This document shows, piece by piece, positions 10,253 through 19,491 of a stretch of 64,000 nt of DNA. Every line of letters starts with the position of its first letter. Within the stretch, counting starts at the first letter, position 1. The notes beneath the pieces are model-generated. The model saw only the letters and a program-made list of their open reading frames with translations, was not told where the DNA came from and made no database searches. Origin of the DNA: Candidatus Marinacidobacterales bacterium (lineage in GTDB: Bacteria; Acidobacteriota; Vicinamibacteria; Marinacidobacterales; DATDRI01); NCBI GenBank assembly GCA_965226495.1, contig OZ245365.1, positions 3,456,001-3,520,000 on the forward strand, in the 5' to 3' direction. The position numbers and the translations under genes are program-made.

Positions 10253-10618
10253 ATGTTGCTTGACTTGCCGAACGATGATGCCCTGTACCAGGCGCTGATC
10301 GCCCGCGATCCCTCTTTTGAGGGGCTTGCCTGGGTTGGCGTAAGCAGTACCGGCGTTTTCTGCCGACTGACCTGCCCGGCAAGAAAACCCAAACGAGAAA
10401 ACAGCCGGTTCTTCGCAAGTGTTGCCGCGTGTCTGGATGCCGGATTTCGCCCCTGTAAACGATGCCGTCCACTGGTCTCTGCCGGCGAAGCGGATCCCAT
10501 GGTTCGATCCTTGATCGATGAGCTCGAGCACGACCCATCGAGGCGTTGGTGTGAAGAGGATCACGAGCGTAAGTACGCTCGTCACGGGACTTCGAACTGT
10601 AAGGAGTCGGCGAGTTGA
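10253..10618 (+). pseudogene. ada: Truncated Ada: N-terminal Zn-binding domain only
   Basis: GVSSTGVFCRLTCPARKPKREN..FF..GFRPCKRCRP; similarity ends near RWCEED, no HTH or methyltransferase domain, overlaps the convergent gene. Confidence 0.7.
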
Positions 10619-11037
10619 AGTTTCTCGTCTTTCGAGAAATTCGCGACGACTTCGACGACGTACTTCGCTTTGCGCATCGGCCCATAGCTGGGACAGGGAT
10701 CTTCCTGACACGGAGGCACCGCTCTCTCGATGTGTACGATCCTTTTTTTCGCGGATAGCCAGATGATATCGATGGGGAACCGGCAGTTCTTCATCCAGAA
10801 GGCGTGGAAATCCGCCTGCGGAAATACGAATAGCATGCCCCGGCTCGAGTCCAAGCTGTCCCGAAACATCAATCCTCGCGCTCGCTGATCGGAAGTGACA
10901 GCCAGCTCCGCCTGAACCTGGCGACCGGAGGGAAAGCCGAGCATGGTCTCCTCGAGCTTTTCTTGGGCAGCCTGTCCGTAGAATCCAAACAGGCTCGCGA
11001 CGACAGCAAGAAACAAAGGCGACATTGAGGCACTCAT
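10582..11037 (-). CDS. DUF192-family exported protein
   Basis: RARGLMFR..GMLFVF..FWMKNCRFPIDIIW..AKYVVEV. Confidence 0.88.
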   Translation of the reverse strand: MSASMSPLFLAVVASLFGFYGQAAQEKLEETMLGFPSGRQVQAELAVTSDQRARGLMFRDSLDSSRGMLFVFPQADFHAFWMKNCRFPIDIIWLSAKKRIVHIERAVPPCQEDPCPSYGPMRKAKYVVEVVANFSKDEKLQLADSLQFEVP

Positions 11038-11792
11038 GTCGAGTCACCCACCAAGGGGACGAATCGTACGGAGGCGATCCGCTCAACTCGAACGCCATCG
11101 GCTTCCTTGGTATGCACTTCGAGCTCTTGGCTGGTGATACCGACCGGGATGACGAGCCGCCCCCCTTCCACGAGCTGCTCGAGGAGCCTGGGTGGCACTC
11201 GAGGGGGCGCCGCGGTTACGAGAATGCCATCGTACGGAGCGTGCTCTGCCCAGCCGTGATTGCCGTCGCCGACCCGGATGTGAACGTTGCGGTAGCCCAG
11301 CTCCTCCATGATCGCCCCGGCCTGATCGGCTAGATTGGGCAGGAATTCTATCGAATACACTTCCTCGACAAGCTCCGCCAGGATCGCAGTCTGATAGCCG
11401 GAGCCCGTGCCCACTTCCAAAACGGTCTCTCCCCCCTCGAGCCGTAATGCCTCGGTCATGAGAGCAACGATGTACGGCTGGGAGATCGTTTGGCCTTCGC
11501 CGACGGGAAGAGGGTGATCGCCATAGGCGGCGGCACGTTGCGATTCGTTTATGAAACGATGTCGCTCGACCTTACGCATTGCGGCCAGGACGCGAGGATC
11601 TCGAACACCTCGACGAACCACCTGCTGGAGGACCATCCGTTCACGCTCAGCCGGGTAGCTGGCGTCCTCGGGCCGGCCTCCGTTTCCTTTAAATAGAGCT
11701 AGGCCCAGGCCGACGGCCGCATAGACCCAGCCCGAAAGCAGCGCTAATAGGCCTTGGCAAAATAGACGCGACGCGCGCCTCCCTTGTTGCAC
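11034..11792 (-). CDS. pcm: Protein-L-isoaspartate O-methyltransferase
   Basis: GQTISQPYIVA, VLEVGTGSGYQ, APYDGILVTAA, VRFVPL; true start uncertain (track start overlaps proS). Confidence 0.92.
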   Translation of the reverse strand: MQQGRRASRLFCQGLLALLSGWVYAAVGLGLALFKGNGGRPEDASYPAERERMVLQQVVRRGVRDPRVLAAMRKVERHRFINESQRAAAYGDHPLPVGEGQTISQPYIVALMTEALRLEGGETVLEVGTGSGYQTAILAELVEEVYSIEFLPNLADQAGAIMEELGYRNVHIRVGDGNHGWAEHAPYDGILVTAAPPRVPPRLLEQLVEGGRLVIPVGITSQELEVHTKEADGVRVERIASVRFVPLVGDST

Positions 11793-13198
11793 ACCACACA
11801 GTTTAAATCCGGGCTACTGTCGACCGGAATCACTCGGATGGTTGCGGTGGTGTCCGCTTTCACCTGGTCCTCGCACTCCGTGCTCCCGCACCACGGCGCG
11901 ATAATGAAGCCGCGGCGATCGTTCATAACACCCTTGAGCTCCTCATAATCGGAGACTTCCGTAGTGTTGTCGTCCAAGAACTCTTTCGCTTTGTTGAAGA
12001 GGTTCTTTTGGATCTCTTGGAGAAGTGCCGGTACTTCTTCGGTGATAGAGCCCCACAAAATGGGGGCCTTGGTTCGGTTGTCCCGACGAGCGGAGAACAC
12101 CTGAGATTTCTTGACGTCCTTCGGCCCAATCTCCAGCCGAAGCGGCACGCCACGCATCTCCCACTCCGCGTACTTCCAACCCGGTGTGTACTCTTCACGA
12201 TCGTCGAGCTTCACGCGGACTCCTGCGGCGGAAAGTCTGGCGGTGATCTCGCGCGCATGGGGCAGAACCGTCTCTTTCCAGTCCCCCACCGGAATCGGAA
12301 TCACCACTGCCTGAATCGGCGCCACGCGCGGCGGCAAAACGAGCCCGGATTCGTCGCCGTGCACCATGATCAACGCCCCGATCAAACGCGTGGTCACGCC
12401 AAACGAGGTTTGGTGTGGATGTTTGAGCTTTTGATCCTTGTCCTCGAACTGAATGCCGAACGCACGAGCGAAATGCTGTCCCAGATTGTGTGACGTGCCG
12501 GCTTGGAGCGCACGGCCGTCGGACATCAGGGCCTCCAGCGCGTACGTGCGGAGTGCCCCCGCGAATTTCTCCTGGTCGGACTTCACCCCGGTGATCACCG
12601 GGATGGCAAGCTCATTCTCCACGAGATCCTTGTAGATCCCGAGCGCCAGGAGTGTCTCCTCTTCCGCTTCTTCGGCGGTGGCATGGACGGTGTGCCCTTC
12701 TTGCCACAAAAACTCCGCCGTGCGTAGAAAAGGGCGGGTTACCTTCTCCCACCTCACCACATTGCTCCACTGGTTGATGAGGATGGGTAGATCTCTCCAA
12801 GAGTGCACCCACTTGGCGTACATACTCCCAATAATGGCCTCTGAAGTGGGTCGAACCGCGAGCGGCTCCTCGAGCTCTTCTTCTCCCCCGCGGGTAACCC
12901 AAGCCACTTGCGGAGCGAAGCCCTTCACATGCTCGGCCTCCTTCTCCAGCAGGCTCTTTGGGATGAAGAGCGGAAAATACGCGTTCTGGTGACCGGTCTC
13001 CTTGAGGCGCCGGTCCAAAGCGTCGCGAGTGAGCTCCCAGACGGCGTAACCGTAGGGTCGGATTGCCATGCACCCTCTCACCGTTGTGTAGTCGGCCATC
13101 TCGGCCTTGCGGATGACATCCAGGTACCAACGAGAAAAGTCCTCCGATTTGGGCGTGATCTCTTTGACGAAAACTTGCTTGTCGGGTTTATCGGGCAT
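11744..13198 (-). CDS. proS: Proline-tRNA ligase, archaeal/eukaryote-like type
   Basis: RPTSEA, QWSNVVRWE, PFLRTAEFLWQEGHT, ALQAGTSHNLGQ, C-terminal FAKAY. Confidence 0.96.
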   Translation of the reverse strand: MPDKPDKQVFVKEITPKSEDFSRWYLDVIRKAEMADYTTVRGCMAIRPYGYAVWELTRDALDRRLKETGHQNAYFPLFIPKSLLEKEAEHVKGFAPQVAWVTRGGEEELEEPLAVRPTSEAIIGSMYAKWVHSWRDLPILINQWSNVVRWEKVTRPFLRTAEFLWQEGHTVHATAEEAEEETLLALGIYKDLVENELAIPVITGVKSDQEKFAGALRTYALEALMSDGRALQAGTSHNLGQHFARAFGIQFEDKDQKLKHPHQTSFGVTTRLIGALIMVHGDESGLVLPPRVAPIQAVVIPIPVGDWKETVLPHAREITARLSAAGVRVKLDDREEYTPGWKYAEWEMRGVPLRLEIGPKDVKKSQVFSARRDNRTKAPILWGSITEEVPALLQEIQKNLFNKAKEFLDDNTTEVSDYEELKGVMNDRRGFIIAPWCGSTECEDQVKADTTATIRVIPVDSSPDLNCVVCNKGGARRVYFAKAY

Positions 13199-13418
13199 GC
13201 CTTTGTCTTTCTCTATCCATCCTTGAGTGGTCGCATTCACTTTCGCGCCGCTCGCCGGAAAGTGTAGCACAACTGGAAGATCGCAACGCTAGAGGGAGGT
13301 TTCGTCTCGCGGATTTCGTCTAGAGCTGTGAGGGGCGCCGTCCACCGCGGCGTCACTTTTGGGGCGAGCCCGGGATCTCCGAGCCCGCCGAGCTCAAAAA
13401 AAGGGGGTTCTAGTGAGA

Positions 13419-13940
13419 ATGACGTTCCTCATCGTGTTGCTCTGTCTGATACCGGCACTATTGATAGCTTATGACCTGAATGAGGTCGCGAGAAAGGAAC
13501 GGGCACGTCGCCAGGAATTATCTACTCCGCAACGCGTGCAGATTCGGGCGTTCAAGGATGCCGACCTGGAGGTCTATCACCGACTTCGAGGCGACTCCCC
13601 TAAATCAAGCCAAGAGTCACGCCAGGATTCACGAGGCAAACGCTCCAGGCGTGCCCTTCTGCCGTCACGTGATCTCGTCAAGGAACGGGCCCATTGGCAG
13701 AAAGAGAGGACGAAGCACGAACGGGAGCAGGCTCGCATCGATGCCAGCATCCGGCGGCTGGAGCGGCGCTTGGCCGAGCGAAAAGCAAAGAGAAGGCCTG
13801 GGGAGCGCCTCCGGAAGGACGCCACCGAGGAGGTACTCGAGGAATCGCTTCTGTCATTGCGCGAACATCGAACCCGGCTCATCGACTCGTTTCACGAAAG
13901 GGCACGCAAGGCGGGCGCGCTTCCCGGCTGGCTGAGATAG
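13419..13940 (+). CDS. Exported basic coiled-coil hypothetical protein
   Basis: Hydrophobic N-terminus then DLNEVARKERARR; ends ARKAGALPGWLR; paralog of 24922..25458. Confidence 0.65.
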   Translation: MTFLIVLLCLIPALLIAYDLNEVARKERARRQELSTPQRVQIRAFKDADLEVYHRLRGDSPKSSQESRQDSRGKRSRRALLPSRDLVKERAHWQKERTKHEREQARIDASIRRLERRLAERKAKRRPGERLRKDATEEVLEESLLSLREHRTRLIDSFHERARKAGALPGWLR

Positions 13941-14052
13941 TTAGCGGACACTCCGGAATCGCGCTACCGCCGGTGCGGGCACTGGTCCTGAATGGGTCAT
14001 CAATGGGTCATCAATTGATTAGGGGGCGCCTGTTCCAGTATGATTTTTCGCA

Positions 14053-15162
14053 ATGACTATTCGAGCCGTGCGAAGACTCCAAGGATCTAAAGATTCCTAT
14101 CCGGTTCTCCTAGGCGATGGGCTCTTGAACCAAGTGGGACCGAGGCTCCGAGCGTTATGGGGCCGCAGGCGAATCGTCGTGATCACCCATCGGAAGATCG
14201 ATCGCCTTTATGGTGGTCGCCTTCGCTCGACGATCGCCCAATCGGGGCTCGATAGCCACTTTCTGTTCATTCCCGAAGGGGAGCGCGTCAAGAACCTCGA
14301 CACGGTGCAAAAGCTCTACGATGGACTCCTCCGCCATCACATCGGGCGGGAAGACGGCCTGGTGGCGTTGGGCGGCGGTGTCGTGGGAGACACGGCCGGT
14401 TTCGTCGCTGCCACCTTCCTTCGCGGTGTGGATTATGCGCAAGTGCCCACGACGTTGCTCGCCCAGATCGATAGCGCATTGGGGGCGAAGGTCGGGGTCA
14501 ATCTTCCGCGGGGCAAGAACCTGGTGGGAGCGTTCTATCGGCCCGCCGCCGTCTGGATCGATCCGTCGGTCCTGGTCACGCTTCCCCGGCGCGAGTTTCG
14601 CTCGGGGTTATTCGAGATGCTGAAGTACGGTTTCATTGGCTCGGTCTCGCTCTTTCGCGAGATGGAGAACTCTCCGTCTTTTTTCAAACCTCGAAGTCCA
14701 GCACTCATGCGAGCCATCGCCGTATCGGCCCGCATGAAACTTCGCATAGTCGCCGAGGACGAGCGGGAGTCGGGGCTGCGGCGCGTTTTGAACTTCGGAC
14801 ACACCGTCGGTCATGGGCTCGAGGCCGCTGGAGATTACCGCCGGTTTAGTCACGGCGAAGCGGTCGGGTGGGGCATGATCGCGGCGTGCCGGTTGTCACA
14901 CCGTCGCAAGCTTATCGGGCTTTCACTCTGCGAGAGGATGGAAGCTGCGGTACGTGGGCTGGCTCCGCTCCCAAGTGTGGGCACACTCCGGTTGGACCGA
15001 GCGCTCCGCGCCATCGATCATGACAAGAAGATCGGTCCCCGGGGAATCCGATTCATTCTTCCGACCGCTCTCGGCAAAGTTACCGTCGTCGAAAGTGTTT
15101 CGCGAGACGACATCCGCTTAGCCATAGAAAGCCTCGGGGTGGGGCGCCGAAACCATGCCTGA
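14053..15162 (+). CDS. aroB: 3-dehydroquinate synthase
   Basis: ALGGGVVGD, QVPTTLLAQIDS, GKNLVGAFY, LNFGHTVGH, HGEAV. Confidence 0.96.
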   Translation: MTIRAVRRLQGSKDSYPVLLGDGLLNQVGPRLRALWGRRRIVVITHRKIDRLYGGRLRSTIAQSGLDSHFLFIPEGERVKNLDTVQKLYDGLLRHHIGREDGLVALGGGVVGDTAGFVAATFLRGVDYAQVPTTLLAQIDSALGAKVGVNLPRGKNLVGAFYRPAAVWIDPSVLVTLPRREFRSGLFEMLKYGFIGSVSLFREMENSPSFFKPRSPALMRAIAVSARMKLRIVAEDERESGLRRVLNFGHTVGHGLEAAGDYRRFSHGEAVGWGMIAACRLSHRRKLIGLSLCERMEAAVRGLAPLPSVGTLRLDRALRAIDHDKKIGPRGIRFILPTALGKVTVVESVSRDDIRLAIESLGVGRRNHA

Positions 15163-15844
15163 AGCGTCCACCGTGCGACGCATGTTCGCGGGAGTCGCCC
15201 CGCGCTACGACTTGCTGAATCGCGTGCTCAGCCTCGGTATCGACCGCCGTTGGCGACGGGATGTCGTCTCGGGCCTGAAACTAAAGCCATCCGATCGGGT
15301 CCTCGACTTGTGTTGTGGGACGGGAGATCTCGCTTTGGAATTAGCCCCGCACGCACGTTGCTTGGCGTGCGACTTCACCTGGGAGATGTTGACCCGAGCC
15401 AAGGCGAAGTCCACTCGGGCTGGTCAGGCTGGTCAGGCACTCCACCTAGCGGCGGCGGACGCCCTGCGTCTGCCTTTTGCCGCCCATCAGTTCGATGCCG
15501 CGACCGTCGGTTTTGGGGTGAGGAACCTGGAGGATTTGGCGGCCGGTTTGCGTGAGTTCCGCCGCGTGCTTCGGGCGAATGGCCCGCTCGTTATCTTGGA
15601 GTTCTCACAACCGACCCATCCCCTGCTTCGTCTCCCGTACCAAGCCTACCTCCACGGATTGCTACCACTCATCGGTCGGATGGTGAGCACAAGGAAAGAG
15701 GCGTATCGTTATCTGGCGGAATCCATCGCCGGGTTTCCGGACCCCGAGGCCCTCAGTGCCATCCTGGCCGCAGAAGGATTCCGAAACATCCACTACCGGC
15801 GACTTACGGGAGGCATCGTCGCCATACACACCGCGACGGCCTGA
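15155..15844 (+). CDS. menG: Menaquinone/ubiquinone methyltransferase UbiE/MenG
   Basis: MFAGVAPRYDLLNRVLSLGIDRRWR, VLDLCCGTGD, FGVRN, YRYLAESI. Confidence 0.9.
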   Translation: MPEASTVRRMFAGVAPRYDLLNRVLSLGIDRRWRRDVVSGLKLKPSDRVLDLCCGTGDLALELAPHARCLACDFTWEMLTRAKAKSTRAGQAGQALHLAAADALRLPFAAHQFDAATVGFGVRNLEDLAAGLREFRRVLRANGPLVILEFSQPTHPLLRLPYQAYLHGLLPLIGRMVSTRKEAYRYLAESIAGFPDPEALSAILAAEGFRNIHYRRLTGGIVAIHTATA

Positions 15845-15847
15845 GGG

Positions 15848-16768
15848 TTAGTGCTTCATCAAAAAATGAAGGATAGCCTTTTGGACGTGAAGCCGGTTCT
15901 CGGCCTGATCGAACACGATACTTTGCGGCCCGTCCAGGACCTCGGCGGAGACCTCTTCCTCTCGGTGGGCGGGCAAGCAGTGCATGAACACAGCGTCTGG
16001 TTTGGCCCTCGCCATGAGTGAGGCGTTTACTTGATAGGGCTGGAAGATGCCCTTGCGTTGCTCTGCCTCCGCCTCTTGTCCCATTGACGCCCAGACGTCA
16101 GTGTAGACGACGTCGGCCCCCTCTACCGCGATCCCCGGATCCTCGGTGAGCGTCACTTGCACTCCCACCTTCTGCGCCTCTCGCTGCACGCTCTTCATGA
16201 TGATCGACTTCGGCTGGTACGCCTCAGGCGTTGCTACCGCCATGTGCATTCCAAGCTTGGTGGCACCGTAGAGCAGTGAATGGCACATGTTGTTCCCATC
16301 ACCGACGTAGGCGATCTTACGCCCTTTGAGCGGTTGCTTCTGCTCCAACAACGTGAAGTAGTCGGCCAATGCTTGGCAGGGGTGCAAGAGATCGGAGAGC
16401 CCGTTGATCACGGGAACCGTCGCGTCACGGGCTAACTCGACGATGTCCTGATGGGCGTGCGTGCGAGCCATAATCCCGTTCACGTATCGAGACAGAACGC
16501 GCGCGGTATCACCGACTGTCTCGCCACGTCCAAGCTGCATATCGTTGCCGCTCAAGTGAAGACCGATTCCACCGAGTTGATAGATTCCAACTTCAAAAGA
16601 AACCCGGGTACGCGTCGAAGGCTTTTGGAAGATCATGGCCAGTGTCTTGCCCGCCAGCGCGTCACGATACCCATCCGGCGACCGCTTCATGTCCGCCGCC
16701 AGTTTGAACAGCTCCGCGATGTCGGCGGCGCTCAGGTCTCGAATCGAGGTGAGGTGTCGGAGGCTCAT
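15848..16768 (-). CDS. argF: Ornithine carbamoyltransferase
   Basis: FQKPSTRTRVSFE, HPCQALAD, VYTDVWASMGQE, FMHCLP, QAENRLH. Confidence 0.96.
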   Translation of the reverse strand: MSLRHLTSIRDLSAADIAELFKLAADMKRSPDGYRDALAGKTLAMIFQKPSTRTRVSFEVGIYQLGGIGLHLSGNDMQLGRGETVGDTARVLSRYVNGIMARTHAHQDIVELARDATVPVINGLSDLLHPCQALADYFTLLEQKQPLKGRKIAYVGDGNNMCHSLLYGATKLGMHMAVATPEAYQPKSIIMKSVQREAQKVGVQVTLTEDPGIAVEGADVVYTDVWASMGQEAEAEQRKGIFQPYQVNASLMARAKPDAVFMHCLPAHREEEVSAEVLDGPQSIVFDQAENRLHVQKAILHFLMKH

Positions 16769-18082
16769 CACAAGAGCGAAGCGAGGGCGTCTTCTAAGTT
16801 GGGCTCGCCGATCTCCTGAAGCTCGTAGCGAACCCGGAGAGCGGGTTTATTCAGTTTGACGAGATGCCGCAGGTCCACGGGGGTCGCAAAGAGGACGAGC
16901 TCCGCCTCCGAGCCGTTGATGGTCGCCTCCAGGTCCTGGATCTGTTTCGCTCCGTAGCCCATCGCCGGCACCGCCTCGCTCAGATGGGGGTATTTTTGGA
17001 AGGTCTCGCGAAGTGAACCAACGGCGTGCGGGCGAGGATCCACCAACTCCGAAGCACCCAAGCGACGGGCGGCTAGGGTCGCAGCCCCGAACGCCATTTC
17101 GCCATGTGTGATGGTGGGCCCATCCTCAATCACTAGCACTTTCCTTCCTCGAATCATCTCTTCGTCATCGACAAAGAGCGGTGACGACGCCTCGATCACC
17201 ATCGCCGTCGGATTGCTCGCGGCGATATTGCTTCTCAGTATCTGAATCCCCTCTTTGTCGGCGGAGTCCATCTTGTTGATAACTATAACCTGAGCCCTGA
17301 TTAAATTGGCCTCCCTAGGATGATACCTCAGCTCGTGCACCGCACGATGAGGGTCGGCGACGACGATCTCGACCGTGGGCCTGTAAAAGGGCAGGTCGTT
17401 GTTGCCCCCATCCCAAAGTAGAACGTCACACTCGGCCTCGGCTTGCCTCAAGATCTCCTCGTAGTCGACCCCCGCATATACAACAACGCCTTCGGCCAAA
17501 TGAGGCTCGTATTCCTCCCTCTCCTCGATCGTGCAGTCGTGGCGGTCCAGATCTTCGAACGAGGAGAATCTCTGCACGCGTTGTTTGACCAGGTCACCGT
17601 ACGGCATCGGGTGCCGCACCACGACCACCCGCCGTCCCTTCTCCGCGAGAATGGACCGCACTCTTCTGGTGGTCTGACTCTTGCCGGCGCCGGTGCGAAC
17701 TGCGCAGATCGAGACCACCGGCACCTTCGCGTCGAGCATCGTGCTCCGGGGCCCCCAAGAGCTTGAAATCCGCTTCCGCCGCGATGGTCGCCGAGGCTCG
17801 GTGCATGACGTAGTCGTGACTCACATCGCTGTAGGCAAACGCTACCTACTCGATGTTCAAACTAGCAATGAGCACGGTAAGCTCGTCTTCGGAGTGAATC
17901 GGAATTCCTTGCGGGTAGAGAGATCCCGCTAGCTCGAGGGGATAGCGACGGCCTTCGATATTCGGAATCTGGGTGGCCGTAAACGCGACGACCTCATATC
18001 GCGCGTCGTTCCGATAACATACGTTGAAATTATGGAAATCGCGCCCGGCAGCCCCCATAATGAGCACCCGGGTCTTTTCCAT
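16768..18082 (-). pseudogene. Arginine synthetase ArcE-like (often annotated cyclic 2,3-diphosphoglycerate synthase/GTPase); disrupted or mis-sequenced
   Basis: GAAGRDFHNFN, TATQIP, AVRTGAGKSQT, CTIEEREEYE, WDGGNND, EDGPT; in-frame TAG at 17846-17848 and +1 frameshift in a G5 run near 17752-17756 join three track ORFs. Confidence 0.75.
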
Positions 18083-18245
18083 TTCGCTCCCCCTCCGCCC
18101 ACTTTTTCATTCCCGTCAGCCGTGGCGAGATCCAAGACAGCGAACACAGTATCACGATGGCTTTAAAATCTTAGATCGATATTCCCGGCGAGATTTAGGA
18201 CGGCCGTTTCTTCTCGTCAAGGCCAGGGCCATGGTCAGTGTTCTT

Positions 18246-18280
18246 CGATTACCAGGCGATTACCAGGCGATTACCAGGCG
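18246..18280. repeat. 11-bp tandem repeat (CGATTACCAGG)x3
   Basis: Seen directly; intergenic. Confidence 0.9.
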
Positions 18281-18307
18281 GAGGCCCCGTCGCAAAGGGG
18301 CAGAACG

Positions 18308-19246
18308 TCAGGCGGCCCGAGAAAGAATGGGAAGCAGCCCGTCGGCGAGCGAGAACTCGAGCTCACGTAGCGGAACAGACGAGGCTAGATGGTGCACGAC
18401 CTCCAGCATATTTTGTGTTTCCTCGGCGAGGTAGTACGGGACGATGGCTCTCGAAAGCAGCTCGGCTGCCAACACCGAGGGGCGGCCCCCATGGACGCGG
18501 TGACGATCGCCCTTCTTCAAGAGGAATACCGCGGCGAGAGGATAGGAAGAAGAGGACACCACATCACCTTCCCCCGGCCAGGGCGTGCCGTAGGCCCGAA
18601 AAGACTCACCCTCCCGGCGCAGCGCGATGCGCTCGTCGCTCAGTAGCTCCAATCCTTCCGCCGCCAACAATCGAGAGAGCGTCGTCTTGCCATCCCCAGA
18701 GTGGCCGGCGAATACGAACGCTTTTCCATCGATGACCGCGCCGCTGGCGTGAAGAAGCAGACCGTTTGCACGAGCCAGGGGAGCCAGGAAAAGGAGCTGA
18801 TCCAACGGATGAGGCAGTTGAAAGTCAGAATGCCCGTCCGGCTCGCGGCTCCAGAGTTTGCCCCAGTTCGCTTCGTCGAAAACAAGCTCGTAATGCTGAA
18901 AACCCGGGCTCGCGGTGGCAAGAACCAGCTGGCCACGGTACGGATGGTAGCACTCGACGAGGGTGCGGCCTTCTGCCTTCCGAACCAGCCAGTTGAGGCC
19001 TGATTCGTACGCCACCGCGGCGCCGGTCGGGGGAATCGAGGCTAGGGAATCGGTGGCGATTGTGATCTCGGGGGAATCGCCGGTCTCGACAGATGCCTCG
19101 CCAGATACTTCGAAAGACGCGAACGGGCCCGGAAATTCAAGCGGTGCCTTCATGCCCGCCCCCACCGTGACGTCGGCCGTTATCCCGGCAATCGAGAAAC
19201 GACGGTGACCGCCGGGTGGAATCGATAGGTTAGACAGCTTGGGCAA
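18308..19246 (-). CDS. HprK-related P-loop kinase-like protein (ScmC-like)
   Basis: GLLLHASGAV..FAGHSGDGKTTL..LLSDE..AYGTPWPG; last gene of the rSAM operon; start uncertain. Confidence 0.75.
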   Translation of the reverse strand: MPKLSNLSIPPGGHRRFSIAGITADVTVGAGMKAPLEFPGPFASFEVSGEASVETGDSPEITIATDSLASIPPTGAAVAYESGLNWLVRKAEGRTLVECYHPYRGQLVLATASPGFQHYELVFDEANWGKLWSREPDGHSDFQLPHPLDQLLFLAPLARANGLLLHASGAVIDGKAFVFAGHSGDGKTTLSRLLAAEGLELLSDERIALRREGESFRAYGTPWPGEGDVVSSSSYPLAAVFLLKKGDRHRVHGGRPSVLAAELLSRAIVPYYLAEETQNMLEVVHHLASSVPLRELEFSLADGLLPILSRAA

Positions 19247-19271
19247 TATATTGAGGGTTCTCAGCGTGACG

Positions 19272-19309
19272 CCGTTCCAGAGTGCGACGCTCCGTCGCCC
19301 TTTGAACGG
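19272..19309 (-). other. Stem-loop immediately 3' of the precursor gene
   Basis: CCGTTC..GCGACG-GAG-CGTCGC..GAACGG imperfect hairpin, no U tract. Confidence 0.6.
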
Positions 19310-19311
19310 AC

Positions 19312-19491
19312 CTAGCTACCAATATCGAAGCAGGAGCCAATGTTGCAGGCCCTAGGTACCGAGGCTCCGACCTTCATGTCACTGAGCGTCTTGCATCCAG
19401 CGGCTAGACTTTCCTCAGGATTGAGCTCGACGCGTCGAAGCTCGGGCTTAGCATAGGACTTTCGCTGGTTGCCGTCCTGGTTCTGGTTCAT
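19312..19491 (-). CDS. Putative RiPP precursor peptide, 59 aa (ScmA-like), absent from ORF track
   Basis: MNQNQDGNQRKSYAKPELRRVELNPEESLAAGCKTLSDMKVGASVPRACNIGSCFDIGS; GGAGG RBS, TAATG overlap with rSAM stop, YxxPxL leader, 3 Cys. Confidence 0.85.
   Translation of the reverse strand: MNQNQDGNQRKSYAKPELRRVELNPEESLAAGCKTLSDMKVGASVPRACNIGSCFDIGS

Noticed and set aside
11744-13198. Archaeal-type ProRS as recent horizontal transfer
   Set aside because: This type is widespread in bacteria and composition matches neighbours
17846-17848. Pyrrolysine or recoded TAG
   Set aside because: TAG is a normal stop throughout the window, no pyl genes are seen, and the gene also has a frameshift
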